Shown: positions 9,285 to 19,335, numbered from the stretch's first letter. The stretch: DNA of 64,000 nucleotides from Candidatus Latescibacterota bacterium (GCA_965248355.1 OZ252098.1:1920001-1984000); one strand, 5' to 3'. Made by a program: numbers and translations. Notes: generated from the sequence alone by a model not told the origin.

Positions 9285-10313
9285 ATGCGCCCACGGGAGA
9301 TCCAGGCCGCCATCGACCGCTGCCCCCGCCGGCGGCTGCTGCACCTGCCGACCCCCCTGCAGCCCCTCGACCGCCTCCGGCAGGTCGTGGGCGGCCCCCG
9401 GATCTGGGTGAAGCGCGACGACCTGACGGGGCTGGCCTTCGGCGGCAACAAGTCCCGCTACCTCGAGTTCACCCTCGCCGAGGCGATCGAGCAGGGCGCC
9501 GACGCCGTCGTGCTGAGCGCCGTGGTCCACTCCAACCACTGCCGGCAGTTCGCCGCCGCCGCCGCCCGCCTGGGGCTGGAGGCCGTGGTCGTGCTGCGCG
9601 AGAGCGACACCCCCATGGGCCTGACCGACCCGGTGACCGGCAACTACCTCCTGCAACAGCTCTTCGGAGCCCGGGTCCGCGTGGCCCCGCCGGATCAGGT
9701 GGGGGCGGTGATCGAAGAGGAGATGGAGCGCCTCCGCCGCCGCGGCCGGTCCCCCTTCACCGGGGTTTCCGGCATCCTGTCCCGCGTCGCCTACGTGCAG
9801 TGCGCCCTGGAGCTGGCCGCGCAGTGCGACGCCGCCGGCCTCGACCCGGCTCTCCTCTACGTCGGCTCCGGCTCCAACAGCCTCGCCGGCCTGGTGGCCG
9901 GGTTCCGCCTGCTCGGCCGCCGGACCCCTTTCACCGGCATCCCCCAGAGCCACCTGGCCGACGCCGGATCCGCCGCCGATGCGGTCGCCGCCAGGGCGTC
10001 CGAGACGATCGACCGCCTCGGTCTGGCCTGCGACCCGCCGCCGGCGGCGGACGGAATCCGCGTCGACGACCGCTGGGTCGGCCCGGGGTTCGGGATCCTC
10101 GACGGGCCCACCCGCGAGGCGATCGGTCTGCTTGCGCGGACGGAGGGGCTCCTGGTCGATCCCACCTATACGGGCAAGGCCTTCACCGGCCTCCTCTCCG
10201 GGATCCGCGAGGGCCGTTGGCCCGACGACGCCGACGTCGTCTTCGTGCACACCGGCGGCACGCCCCTGGTCTTCACCTACGGGGAGAGCCTGCTGGAGAC
10301 CTCCCCGGCCTAG
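9285..10313 (+). CDS. D-cysteine desulfhydrase/ACC deaminase family PLP-dependent enzyme
   Basis: PTPLQPL, IWVKRDDLTGLAFGGNKSRYLEF (PLP Lys), SNHCRQ, EGLLVDPTYTGKA, FVHTGG. Confidence 0.92.
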   Translation: MRPREIQAAIDRCPRRRLLHLPTPLQPLDRLRQVVGGPRIWVKRDDLTGLAFGGNKSRYLEFTLAEAIEQGADAVVLSAVVHSNHCRQFAAAAARLGLEAVVVLRESDTPMGLTDPVTGNYLLQQLFGARVRVAPPDQVGAVIEEEMERLRRRGRSPFTGVSGILSRVAYVQCALELAAQCDAAGLDPALLYVGSGSNSLAGLVAGFRLLGRRTPFTGIPQSHLADAGSAADAVAARASETIDRLGLACDPPPAADGIRVDDRWVGPGFGILDGPTREAIGLLARTEGLLVDPTYTGKAFTGLLSGIREGRWPDDADVVFVHTGGTPLVFTYGESLLETSPA

Positions 10314-10329
10314 GCGCCCGGCCGGCTCC

Positions 10330-12300
10330 ATGCCCCCGACCCCGCTCCGCACAGAGACCGCGGCCCAGCCCGTGACCCTCCGGGGCCTGGCGGTGGGAGC
10401 CGTCATGTGCGCCGTCATCGCCGTGGGCATCCCCTACGGCAGCATGGTGGTGCAGGGCACGCGCATGGGGCTCAGCTCGTGCACGCCGGCGGCGTTCTTC
10501 CTGCTCTTCGTCCTGCTCCTCACCGTGCAGGTCCTGCTCGGGACGGTGCGCCGCACCTGGGCCCTGAGCCGGGCCGAGCTGGTCACCGTCTTCATCATGA
10601 TGGCCGTGGCCACCGCCATCCCCACCCGCGGGGTCACCGGCATGCTGCTGCCGATGATCACGGGCACCTTCTACTACGCCACGCCGGAGAACCAGTGGGC
10701 GACCCTGATCCATCCCCTGTTGTCGGACTGGATGGTGGTCTACAACCCGACCGCCGTGAAGGAGTTCTACGAGGGCACCGCCAGCGGCTCCGGGATCCCC
10801 CTGCACGTCTGGGCGCCCCCCCTGCTGCGCTGGTTCTCCTTCTTCGCAGGATTCTGGCTGGTCCTGGTGTGCGCCATGGTGATCCTGCGCCGCCCGTGGG
10901 TCGAGCACGAGCGCCTCGTCTTCCCCCTGGCCCAGCTGTCGCTGGCCATGATCGAGGACCGCCGCGGCGACCGCGGCGAGATCCTCAAGCCGTTCTTCAA
11001 GTCCCCCGTCATGTGGTGCGGGCTCGCCATCCCCCTGATCCTGGGCAGCGTCAACGCCCTGAGCCACTACTTCCCCTTCATCACGCCCATCAACCCCGCG
11101 GCCAGCGTCCCCCTCTTCCGGGACTCGGTGGTCCTGCGGCTGCGGATCAACTGGCTGATGTTCGGCTTCGCCTACTTCATCAACTCCGGGATCGCCTTCA
11201 GCCTGTGGTTCTTCTACCTCCTCAACACCCTGCAGGAGGGCCTGTTCTCCGTCGTCGGCATCCACAACGCCGAGGAGCTCGGGCAGTGGACGGGCTCCGG
11301 ACCGGTGGGCGCCATCATGGGGCACCAGATGATGGGCGCCCTCTTCGTGCTCGTGTTCTTCAGCCTGTGGACGGCCCGGGGCCATCTGAAGGACGTCGTC
11401 CGCAAGGCCCTGGGGCGCGCCCCCGAGGTCGACGACAGCGGCGAGATCCTCTCCTACCGGGCCTGCCTCTGCGGCCTCGTGATCGGCCTCCTGTTCATGG
11501 GATACTGGCTCTGGAGGAGCGGCATCCCCCCCCACATCACGCCCCTCTTCATCCTCTCCGCCCTGGTGATCCTCATCGGCCTGGGCCGGGTCATCGCCGA
11601 GGCGGGCATGCCCACGGTGACGCCCGAGATGGTGCCCGCCGGCTTCGTCGTCTCCGGCGTCGGCGTGCCCGCCCTCGGCATGCAGGGCATGGTGGCCACC
11701 GGATACACCCTGGCCTGGATGGGAGACCTGCTGGTCTTCATGACCGCACCCCTGGCCAACGCCATGCGGCTCGGCTCCGAGGCCACGGCGCGGAGGCGCT
11801 GGCTGGCCGTCGCCATCGCCATCGCCATGGCCATCAGCCTGATCCTGTCGGCGTGGATGCTCCTGCACCTGGCCTACCGGGACGGCGCCCTCAACCTGCA
11901 CCGGCAGTACTTCGGGGGCTTCGCCCGGTATCCCTCGAGCTTCGCCGCCCAGAAGCTGGCCAACCCCACCGGGCCCAACTGGATCGGCTGGCTCTGGACC
12001 GGCGGCGGCGGCGGCGTCATGGCCCTGCTCATGATGGCCCGGCACCGCTTCGTCTGGTGGCCCCTGCATCCCCTCGGCTTTGCGGTCAGCCCGGGCTGGG
12101 CCCTCAACAGAATCTGGTTCTCCCTCTTCCTCGCCTGGCTGATCAAGGTGGTGGTCCTCAAGTACGGGGGGCCCGGCCTCTACCGTTCGACGCGGCCCTT
12201 CTTCCTGGGCATCGTCCTCGGCCAGTTCGTCGTCGGGGGACTCTGGCTGGTGATCGACGGGTTCACCGGGACCGTGGGCAACAGTATCCCGGTGTACTGA
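10330..12300 (+). CDS. DUF6785/DUF6784-like polytopic membrane protein (putative transporter)
   Basis: Many TM segments; YYATPENQW, RRPWVEHERLVFPL, WWPLHPLG, KYGG..LYR...PFFLG. Paralog of 29552-31501. Confidence 0.75.
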   Translation: MPPTPLRTETAAQPVTLRGLAVGAVMCAVIAVGIPYGSMVVQGTRMGLSSCTPAAFFLLFVLLLTVQVLLGTVRRTWALSRAELVTVFIMMAVATAIPTRGVTGMLLPMITGTFYYATPENQWATLIHPLLSDWMVVYNPTAVKEFYEGTASGSGIPLHVWAPPLLRWFSFFAGFWLVLVCAMVILRRPWVEHERLVFPLAQLSLAMIEDRRGDRGEILKPFFKSPVMWCGLAIPLILGSVNALSHYFPFITPINPAASVPLFRDSVVLRLRINWLMFGFAYFINSGIAFSLWFFYLLNTLQEGLFSVVGIHNAEELGQWTGSGPVGAIMGHQMMGALFVLVFFSLWTARGHLKDVVRKALGRAPEVDDSGEILSYRACLCGLVIGLLFMGYWLWRSGIPPHITPLFILSALVILIGLGRVIAEAGMPTVTPEMVPAGFVVSGVGVPALGMQGMVATGYTLAWMGDLLVFMTAPLANAMRLGSEATARRRWLAVAIAIAMAISLILSAWMLLHLAYRDGALNLHRQYFGGFARYPSSFAAQKLANPTGPNWIGWLWTGGGGGVMALLMMARHRFVWWPLHPLGFAVSPGWALNRIWFSLFLAWLIKVVVLKYGGPGLYRSTRPFFLGIVLGQFVVGGLWLVIDGFTGTVGNSIPVY

Positions 12301-12315
12301 AGGTCGGGGGTCCGC

Positions 12316-15300
12316 CTAACGGGCGAGGACGAGGACGCCGTTGTGCTTCGCGGCGCTTCCCGCGACCCGGGCGCTGTAGAGATAGGCGCCGTTGGCCAGA
12401 CCGGGCGGCGCCTCCCAGGAGACGGCGTTGTACCCCGCTTCGCCGCTGGCGGCGACTTCGCCGACGAGCCGGCCGGCCAGCGTGTAGATGGAGATCCGCA
12501 CCGGCCCGGCGGGAGCGCTCAGGGCGTAGCCGAACCATCCCCGCCCGGTGGTGAGCGGGTTGGGATGGAACAGGAGGTCGGCCATCACCGGCGGGACCTC
12601 CTCGGCCACGCGCACGCCGAGGCCGGCCTCGGCCCAGTTGTTGCGCGCGTCCCAGGCTTCCAGGCGGATCCGGTGGCGGCCGGGCTCGAGGCCGGGAAGG
12701 TCGAAGAGCACCTCGCCCTGGCGGAAGTCCCCCACGGCGTGGTAGTCCCCGGTCACGTCGAGGACCTGGTCGTCGACGTGCAGCCGGATCTCGTGGCCCA
12801 CGTCTCCGGTGATGTTGACGCCGCTGGCATCCCGCAGCGTCGCCCGCAGGGAGGCATCCCCGCGAAGGACGTGGTCCTCCTCGATAGCGCGGCCAGCCAT
12901 CTCGAAGGCGATGACCGGCCCCTCGTCGTCGTCGGAAGGCGCGGCGCCGGAGAGACCCGTGAAGGCGACGGGGCCGGCGGCGCCGGAGGCGGAGCCGCCG
13001 GGGTTCCAGGCCAGGGCGCTGACCCTCCCCGTGAGGCCGCGGTAGGTGATGTCGCGGGGTACCAGGAAGTCCACGGAGAAGCGTCCCGAGGTGACGGGAA
13101 GGATCCCGCGGAAGAGCGGGTTCCCCTGGCGCTGGTACTCCAGGGTCAGCCCCTGCTCCACGCGCCGGCGGAGGGAGCTGGAGTCGAAGACCTGCAGGCG
13201 GACACGGCCTTCGAAGGACGGGACCTCCTCGCCGCCGCGGGTGATCCGGCCGCGGACTCGGGCCATCTCCAGGGCCCGCAGGGTGTCGGCCACCTCCAGC
13301 TCCACCCGCAGGCGCGGGATCGCCAGCCGGGTCCCCGGATCTCCGAAGAGGCTGAAGCGCCGCGAGTTCCTGGGATTCATCACCGACCGCAGCTTGGCCT
13401 CGAGCAGGGCCTGCCCCACGGGAACGCCGTCGCGGCCGCTGGACAGCAGCCGCGAGTGGAAGTGCCGGGCCAGCTCCATGTTGCTTGGGTGGAACCCGAT
13501 CCGGGTGGCGGCGATCATCCCGATGACCCCTCCCTCGGGCCGCTTCAGCAAGGCCTCCGGAATCGAATCCCTGGCCGGATCGTCGAAGATGCCCAGCTGG
13601 CTCGCCGCGCCGTAGGCCAGGGGCAGGCGGCGGCCGTTGTCGAGTTCCTGCAGGTCCTGGCTGAGCACGAAGATGAGCTCGTGGGACAGGACCTGCGAGT
13701 TGCCGTGGCCCACCCAGGTGAGCAGCAGGGCTCCCCGGGAGAAGCTCTCCACGAAGTCCTTCCGGGCGCGCGGCTTGAACCGCCCCTCGATGGGATATTC
13801 CACGAGGTAGAGCTTCTCCACATCCAGGTCCGGCGGCAGCTCCGCCGCCAGTTTCTCCGCATCGATGACGAAGTCCGGCTCCACCCGCCCCGGCTTGTCC
13901 GCGTGGTAGGTGTCGTCGGCGGCCAGCAGCATCCGGTTCCGCCAGGGCCCCTGCTCCGGCTCGCGGTCGTAGGCGATGAGCTTGTCCACCACCCCCGCGG
14001 CCTCCTCGGAGGTGCGCACGGCGATGCGGCCCACGGCCATGTCGGGCAGGTCGTCCTCGCCCGAGACGCGCACGAACCACTCGTCGTAGGTGCTCTCCTC
14101 CTCCTCGTAGGGGGGGACCCAGTTGCCGACCCCGGTGCCCAGATTGTCCCGGTAGTCGAAGTTGCCGTCTCCGAAGAGGAGGACGAAGGCGGGGGAGGGC
14201 CGGGCCTCCTCGAAGGCGTGATAGAGGAAGTTGCGCAGCGCCGTCGGATCCAGGAGCCCCCCGGAGAAGGCGTCGTAGACCTCCTCCGTGGTCACCACCT
14301 CGACGGAGAAGGGCGGGCCGTAGCGGTCGTCGGCGGCGCGCCACGCCGCCAGGCGCCGGGCCTCGGCCAGCAGGTCGGGGTGGGCCACGACGACGTAGGC
14401 GGCTCCCGAAAACCTGTCGAGCAGCCGGTAGGGCTCCCTCTCCTCGACCCTCAGGGGCCGGCGGATGCGCCCCGGCTCGGTCACGGCGTAGCGCGCCGAA
14501 GGGCCGGCGCTGTCGGTGAACGCCACGCTGCCTTCGGCCGGTGAGTACTCCAGTCCCAGCACCTCGCGCAGGCCCCCGTCCTCCACGGCGAAGACGCGCG
14601 GAGCCTCCTCGAATCCGGTGGCGCGCCAGGTCGCCGCGGTTCCCGCGGCCGGGAGGAGCAGTTGTCCTCCCTCGGCATGCGGGCGGCGCTCGTACTCCAG
14701 CTCGAACCAGTCGATCAGGACCCGCCACCCGCCGACGTGGCGGAGGCGAAGCTCGTTGATGCCCTCCACCGCCCCCGTGCTCCGCGCCTCGGAGACGAAG
14801 GGGCCTTCCTTGGCCGGCCCCACGTCGCCGGCCCGCCGCCCGTTCCAGTAGAGGCGGAGGGTTTCGCCGGCCAGGGTCTGGGAGATCCCCCTCAGGCGGA
14901 TGCGCACCGGCGTCTCCTCCGCGGGCGACCGCAGCACCGCCGAAAAGGTCTCCTCGTCGCCGGAGGCCATCCTCAGCCAGTACCACTCGGTGCCGCTGGC
15001 AATCTTCTCCGGCGTGGTATGGGTCGGAAAGCGTTCGCCCTCGAGGCGAAGCCGTTCGGGGAAGCTGTGCACAACCTCGGCCGGCGGCCCCGCCGGAGGT
15101 TCCCCGCGAGGCTCCCTGCGAAGGGCGCGCTCCGGGTCCGCCACCACCAGCCAGTACGCGTTGTCGCCGGTGAAGGGGTTGTGAAGCCATCGGCTCTCTT
15201 CCCCTTCCCCTTCCCCTTCCCAGCGGGAGGATGCCTCGCCGTAGAACACCAGCTGGTCCTGCTCGTCGAAGATGCCGTCGCCGCCGTCGTCCACGACCAC

Positions 15301-16002
15301 CGCCACCGGCTCGAGGGGCAGAGCCCCCCGAAGCTCGTCCGGATCGAGGGGGCGGCCTCCGCCGTGGAGCAGGGCCAGGCCGGAGCTCGCCGCACCGCGG
15401 GCGCCGGGCAGGTCGCCACCCGTCAGGCGGTACAGGCCCGAGGTCCGGATGGTGATCTTGTACGCGGGACCGGTCGAGGCCGGGCCGGCGCGCTTCCAGG
15501 CCGTTCCCGCGGGGCGCGGCAGGCGCCACCGGCGGGCCTGCTCGTAGTTGAGGACCGCCCCGGCGTAGAGGGGCTCGGCCGGTCCCGGGGCGCCGGGCCG
15601 CTCCGGCCGGGACCCGGGCGCTCCGAAGCCGACCTCGGCCACCACACGGCTCAGGGGCCGGTCGTGATGGCGTCCGGCAAGCCGGACGCGGGCCACGCGC
15701 TGGCGCCGGAACCGGGCGACCCCCAGCAGCTCGGCGGCGGGCGACGCCGGGGTCCATCCTTCCGGACCGGGCCCTCCCCCGCACACCGGCTCTCCGGGCC
15801 CCGCCTCGAGAACCAGCAGGCGGAGGGAGGGCTCGGCGTCCGGAGGGATGCCGACGAGCACGGTCTCGGGGGGCGCGCACGGGTCGGAGACGCGGTGCTC
15901 CAGGCGGACGGAGGTGTCATCGACGCTCAGCAGATGGACCTCGGCCGTGGCCGCCGTGGCGGCCAGCAGCAGGAAGGGGAGCCTCAGGCCGCGCTCATTC
16001 AC
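12316..16002 (-). CDS. porU: Peptidase C25 (gingipain-fold) PorU-like T9SS sortase
   Basis: YKITIRTSGLYRL, FYGE, NPFTGDNAYWL, VYDAFSGGLLDPTALRNFL, VLLFGDGNFDYR, DMAVGRI, WVGHGN, LFGDP, DDEGPVI, AWDARNN; C-terminal CTD (HPNP...IYTLAGRLV...LANGAYLY). Confidence 0.8.
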   Translation of the reverse strand: MNERGLRLPFLLLAATAATAEVHLLSVDDTSVRLEHRVSDPCAPPETVLVGIPPDAEPSLRLLVLEAGPGEPVCGGGPGPEGWTPASPAAELLGVARFRRQRVARVRLAGRHHDRPLSRVVAEVGFGAPGSRPERPGAPGPAEPLYAGAVLNYEQARRWRLPRPAGTAWKRAGPASTGPAYKITIRTSGLYRLTGGDLPGARGAASSGLALLHGGGRPLDPDELRGALPLEPVAVVVDDGGDGIFDEQDQLVFYGEASSRWEGEGEGEESRWLHNPFTGDNAYWLVVADPERALRREPRGEPPAGPPAEVVHSFPERLRLEGERFPTHTTPEKIASGTEWYWLRMASGDEETFSAVLRSPAEETPVRIRLRGISQTLAGETLRLYWNGRRAGDVGPAKEGPFVSEARSTGAVEGINELRLRHVGGWRVLIDWFELEYERRPHAEGGQLLLPAAGTAATWRATGFEEAPRVFAVEDGGLREVLGLEYSPAEGSVAFTDSAGPSARYAVTEPGRIRRPLRVEEREPYRLLDRFSGAAYVVVAHPDLLAEARRLAAWRAADDRYGPPFSVEVVTTEEVYDAFSGGLLDPTALRNFLYHAFEEARPSPAFVLLFGDGNFDYRDNLGTGVGNWVPPYEEEESTYDEWFVRVSGEDDLPDMAVGRIAVRTSEEAAGVVDKLIAYDREPEQGPWRNRMLLAADDTYHADKPGRVEPDFVIDAEKLAAELPPDLDVEKLYLVEYPIEGRFKPRARKDFVESFSRGALLLTWVGHGNSQVLSHELIFVLSQDLQELDNGRRLPLAYGAASQLGIFDDPARDSIPEALLKRPEGGVIGMIAATRIGFHPSNMELARHFHSRLLSSGRDGVPVGQALLEAKLRSVMNPRNSRRFSLFGDPGTRLAIPRLRVELEVADTLRALEMARVRGRITRGGEEVPSFEGRVRLQVFDSSSLRRRVEQGLTLEYQRQGNPLFRGILPVTSGRFSVDFLVPRDITYRGLTGRVSALAWNPGGSASGAAGPVAFTGLSGAAPSDDDEGPVIAFEMAGRAIEEDHVLRGDASLRATLRDASGVNITGDVGHEIRLHVDDQVLDVTGDYHAVGDFRQGEVLFDLPGLEPGRHRIRLEAWDARNNWAEAGLGVRVAEEVPPVMADLLFHPNPLTTGRGWFGYALSAPAGPVRISIYTLAGRLVGEVAASGEAGYNAVSWEAPPGLANGAYLYSARVAGSAAKHNGVLVLAR

Positions 16003-18217
16003 CGCGGATCACCGCCAGCTTCCCCCGCGCTCCCGGTCCCTCGCCGCTCAGGGCCAGGGTGTAGAAGTAGACCCCCGACGCGACCGTCGAGCCGCGGGCG
16101 TTCCTCCCGTCCCAGAGCACGGTCCCCCCCAGGTCCGCCTCCAGGCTGCGCACGAGCCGGCCTCCGGCGGAGAACAGGCGGATCCGGGCGCCCGGCGGCA
16201 GGCCCTCGAAGGTCACCCGTTCCCGGCCCCCGGAGACGAAGGGATTGGGGTAGATCCGGACGTCCAGCTCCCCTCTCCCGGCGGCCACCCGCAGCCGGCC
16301 GAGGCCCCCCCGGGTGCCGATCCAGAGATGGCCGCTGTCCTCGTCGAACCTCAACGCCAGCACGTGATCGTCCACCAGGCAGCTGTTGTCCGCGGTGTAC
16401 GTGGCCACCAGGCGGCCGGAGTCGCGCAGGTGGGTCAACCCCCCTTCGGTGCCGACCCAGACCGATCCCCGGTCGTCGAACTCGATGTCGGTGACCACGG
16501 GGGAGGGCAGGCCGTGCTCGCGGCGGTAGGACCGCCAGCTGACGATCTCGAAGGTCTCCGAGGCCCGGTCGTACCGGTAGCGGGCGCGGAACAGACCCTG
16601 CGGCGTGCCGATGTAGAGGACCTCGCCGTTGGCGGCCAGGGTCCTCACCTCGTCGCTGGTCATCCGCGGCTCGGTGCTGGAGTCGAGAAGGAGGGCGACA
16701 TCATCTCCGCCCTCGAAGGGCGTGCCACCGTGGTCGAAGACGAGGACGCCGTCCACGTCGGCGGCGATCAGCAGCAGCCCGGTGCCGTCGGCGGTCACCT
16801 CGTTCAGCTGGCGTCCCAGGGGCAGCCCCAGGCTTTCCAGATCGTGGAGGCGGCTGTCTCCGGACCGAGGGTCGAAGACCGCCAGCCCCGCCTGCAGGTT
16901 GAGGGCCCACACCAGGCCGCCGGCGCCGGCGGTGAGGTCGTTCACGACGACGAACGAGGACGAGCTGAGGACGCCCCGGAGAGCGGAGTTGGTCTGATCC
17001 AGGCGCCGCCAGGCGCCGCCCGGAGCGCGGACCCCGATCCCGGCTCCCCAGGTGCCGGCCCACACACCGCCCTCATCCGTGACCTCCACGGAGACGGCCA
17101 GGTCCGACGGGAGGCCGGACGCCCTTCCGTGGACCTGCCACCCCGACGGGGTCAGATGGGCGACCCCGATGGGAGTCCCCTCCCGGTCGTTGGGCACCAC
17201 CGCCGCCCAGAGATCCCCCTCCGGACCCGAGGCCAGGTCGTGGAAGCTCGTGGCCGGGGGATCTCCGGCATCGGAGAGGGGCGGGCCGTCCAGGGCACGG
17301 AGTCCCTCCGCCGTCCCCACCCAGGTCTCCACGGGGCCCCGTGCGATGGCCCGGGGCCGGGAGGTCAGGGTGCCCACCGCGGACCATCGGCCGATCCCGC
17401 GGCGCTCGTAGACGACGCCTTCGGTGGCCGCCAGGACCGCCTCTCCTCCGCCCCCCAGGACCCGCAGGCCGGGCGGAGCGAGCTCCCGGCGCCAGGCTCC
17501 GTCCTGCCAGCTCCACAGCCCTGCCTCCCCGAGAGCCAGGAGGTCGGCGCCGGCCGACACCAGCGCCAGGACCGCTCCGGTCCCCTCCTCGGTGAGCCAG
17601 GCGTCCGGGTTCTGCAGGTTCTCCGTGGCCAGGTCCGCCCAGGCCACGCCCTCCGTCGTGCCGGCCACCAGGTGTCCCGAGTACGCGGCCAGGGCCGTCA
17701 CCGCGGTATTGCGCGGGAAGTCGCCCAGTTGCCAGTAGTTCTCCTGGACGCGCAGGATCTCGGTGAGCAGGACGCTGATGCCGGCGTCGCTGCCCACGTA
17801 CATCCGGTCCTCCACGGGCAGGAGGGCGCTCAGGCCGAGGTCGGCGAAGGTCGTCAGGAGCGGGTCGAAGCGCGAGCTGGCCAGCCGGTAGCGGCTGATC
17901 CCGCCGAAGTTGGAACCGAACCAGAGATCCCCCGCCTCGTCCACGGCGGCGGTGGTGATGCGGCCCTCGGCCAGTCCCTCGAGGCGGGTGAACCGGGCGT
18001 ACCGGCCGGTGGTCCGGTCGAAGTGCAGCACGCCCCCGTCGGTGGCCGCCCAGACGCCTCCGGGCCGGGCGACGAGATCGTTCACCGGCCGCATCCGGGT
18101 CAGGGCGGACCAGTTCCCGCACCCCGTCTGCGGATCCGCCGGCCCTGCGAGCAGGAGGAGTACGGCGAGGAGCGACGGGGACAGGCTTCCCAGGGTGTGC
18201 GGGGCGTTGAGAGACAC
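15995..18217 (-). CDS. PorZ-like two-component-regulator beta-propeller protein with CTD/FlgD-Ig
   Basis: Repeated W(A/V)(A/G)TxGG blades, EGLAEGRIT, GLPSP; C-terminal IYPNPF...WDGRNARGSTVASGVYF...KLAVIR. Overlaps the porU-like gene. Confidence 0.72.
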   Translation of the reverse strand: MSLNAPHTLGSLSPSLLAVLLLLAGPADPQTGCGNWSALTRMRPVNDLVARPGGVWAATDGGVLHFDRTTGRYARFTRLEGLAEGRITTAAVDEAGDLWFGSNFGGISRYRLASSRFDPLLTTFADLGLSALLPVEDRMYVGSDAGISVLLTEILRVQENYWQLGDFPRNTAVTALAAYSGHLVAGTTEGVAWADLATENLQNPDAWLTEEGTGAVLALVSAGADLLALGEAGLWSWQDGAWRRELAPPGLRVLGGGGEAVLAATEGVVYERRGIGRWSAVGTLTSRPRAIARGPVETWVGTAEGLRALDGPPLSDAGDPPATSFHDLASGPEGDLWAAVVPNDREGTPIGVAHLTPSGWQVHGRASGLPSDLAVSVEVTDEGGVWAGTWGAGIGVRAPGGAWRRLDQTNSALRGVLSSSSFVVVNDLTAGAGGLVWALNLQAGLAVFDPRSGDSRLHDLESLGLPLGRQLNEVTADGTGLLLIAADVDGVLVFDHGGTPFEGGDDVALLLDSSTEPRMTSDEVRTLAANGEVLYIGTPQGLFRARYRYDRASETFEIVSWRSYRREHGLPSPVVTDIEFDDRGSVWVGTEGGLTHLRDSGRLVATYTADNSCLVDDHVLALRFDEDSGHLWIGTRGGLGRLRVAAGRGELDVRIYPNPFVSGGRERVTFEGLPPGARIRLFSAGGRLVRSLEADLGGTVLWDGRNARGSTVASGVYFYTLALSGEGPGARGKLAVIRGE

Positions 18218-18223
18218 TCCCGG

Positions 18224-19168
18224 TCAGCGGAAGACGGCCTGAATCATGGCTCGGATATAGCCGATGGCATAGGCCGTACCCGCCCACCGGGCGCTCTCAG
18301 ACCGGATCCCGGGGGTGTGATCGAGCATGAAGGGGCCGTCGAAGCCGATCTCCCGGTAGGTCTGCATGGCCAGGTACATGTCCATGTCGCCCTCGTCGAC
18401 GAACACCTCCTGAAACTTCCTGAAGCCGCCGCGGATGTTGCGGAAGTGGACGGTGCCGATCTTGCCCCGGCTGCCGATGCGGCGGATGGCGGCGGGGATG
18501 TCCTCCCCCATCTCGGCGACGCATCCCTGGCAGAAGAGCATGGCGTTCGCCTCGCTGGGGGCCAACTCGAAGAGGCGCTCGAAGTCCTGGAGGGTGGAGA
18601 GAACCCGGGCCGCCCCCCCGAGAGGCTCCGGAATGGGCGGGTCGTCCGGATGCGCGGTGAGCAGCACGCCGCTCTCCTCGGCCACGGGGACGATGCGCTC
18701 GATGAAGGTGCGCAGGTTCTCCCGCAGGCGCTCCTCGGAGATCCGCAGGTCCGGATGGTCCTGCGGGTTGGCCAGGAACTCCTCGTGATCGAAGGTGCTG
18801 TAGCGCGCGCCTCCCCGGCCCACCGTCGACTCGGTCCGGAAGTTCCCGATGCCCCTGAAGTTGTATCCCAGGGTGGGGATGCCCGCGGCGCCCAGGTTGC
18901 GGATCATCGTGCACCACCCCTCGATGCCCTCGTCCCGGTCGGATCTGCCGTGGATGATGTCGACCTCGGGTCGGAGCCCGACGTTGTGGAGCTTCATCCC
19001 GTGGGCGTCGACCTTCCGGCACGCGTCCTTCCACAGTCCGGTGCGGTCCTCGCCGCCCCGGGGAGGGGGCGGGTGCATGATCGCTATGTAGTCCACCCCG
19101 ATGGCCTTGAGGGTGCTCAGGGTGTCGTCGGTGAGGTCTTCGAGTGACAGGTGGTGCTGCACCGTCAT
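18224..19168 (-). CDS. uxuA: Mannonate dehydratase
   Basis: IRNLGAAGIPTLGYNF, PVAEESGVLLTAHPDDPP, FCQGC, VHFRNI, EVFVDEGDMDM, DHTP, AYAIGYIRA. Confidence 0.88.
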   Translation of the reverse strand: MTVQHHLSLEDLTDDTLSTLKAIGVDYIAIMHPPPPRGGEDRTGLWKDACRKVDAHGMKLHNVGLRPEVDIIHGRSDRDEGIEGWCTMIRNLGAAGIPTLGYNFRGIGNFRTESTVGRGGARYSTFDHEEFLANPQDHPDLRISEERLRENLRTFIERIVPVAEESGVLLTAHPDDPPIPEPLGGAARVLSTLQDFERLFELAPSEANAMLFCQGCVAEMGEDIPAAIRRIGSRGKIGTVHFRNIRGGFRKFQEVFVDEGDMDMYLAMQTYREIGFDGPFMLDHTPGIRSESARWAGTAYAIGYIRAMIQAVFR

Positions 19169-19227
19169 GTCATCACCTCTCCATCCGGCTTGTCCGGGTT
19201 TTCGAATGCCGGCGGGATAAACGGACC

Positions 19228-19244
19228 TGACCGGGAACCGGTCA
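19228..19244. promoter_or_regulatory. Candidate operator (perfect 7-3-7 inverted repeat) between divergent genes
   Basis: TGACCGG-GAA-CCGGTCA, next to TTGACA at 19256-19261. Confidence 0.35.
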
Positions 19245-19335
19245 AGATCGGCGCTTTGACAGCGCCTCGAGAGGACGGCGAGATTCTCACGATGGCGTCC
19301 CTGGGCACCATGCAGGGGAAAGGAGGCAGCCTGCC

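Noticed and set aside
15199..15220. (TTCCCC)n short tandem repeat
   Set aside because: In-frame hexamer encoding EGEGEG within the porU-like gene; too short to imply phase variation.
12263..19147. Long alternative ORFs (1205 aa, 1099 aa, 733 aa)
   Set aside because: Arg/Pro/Gly-rich off-frame or antisense shadows of the porU-like, porZ-like and uxuA genes.
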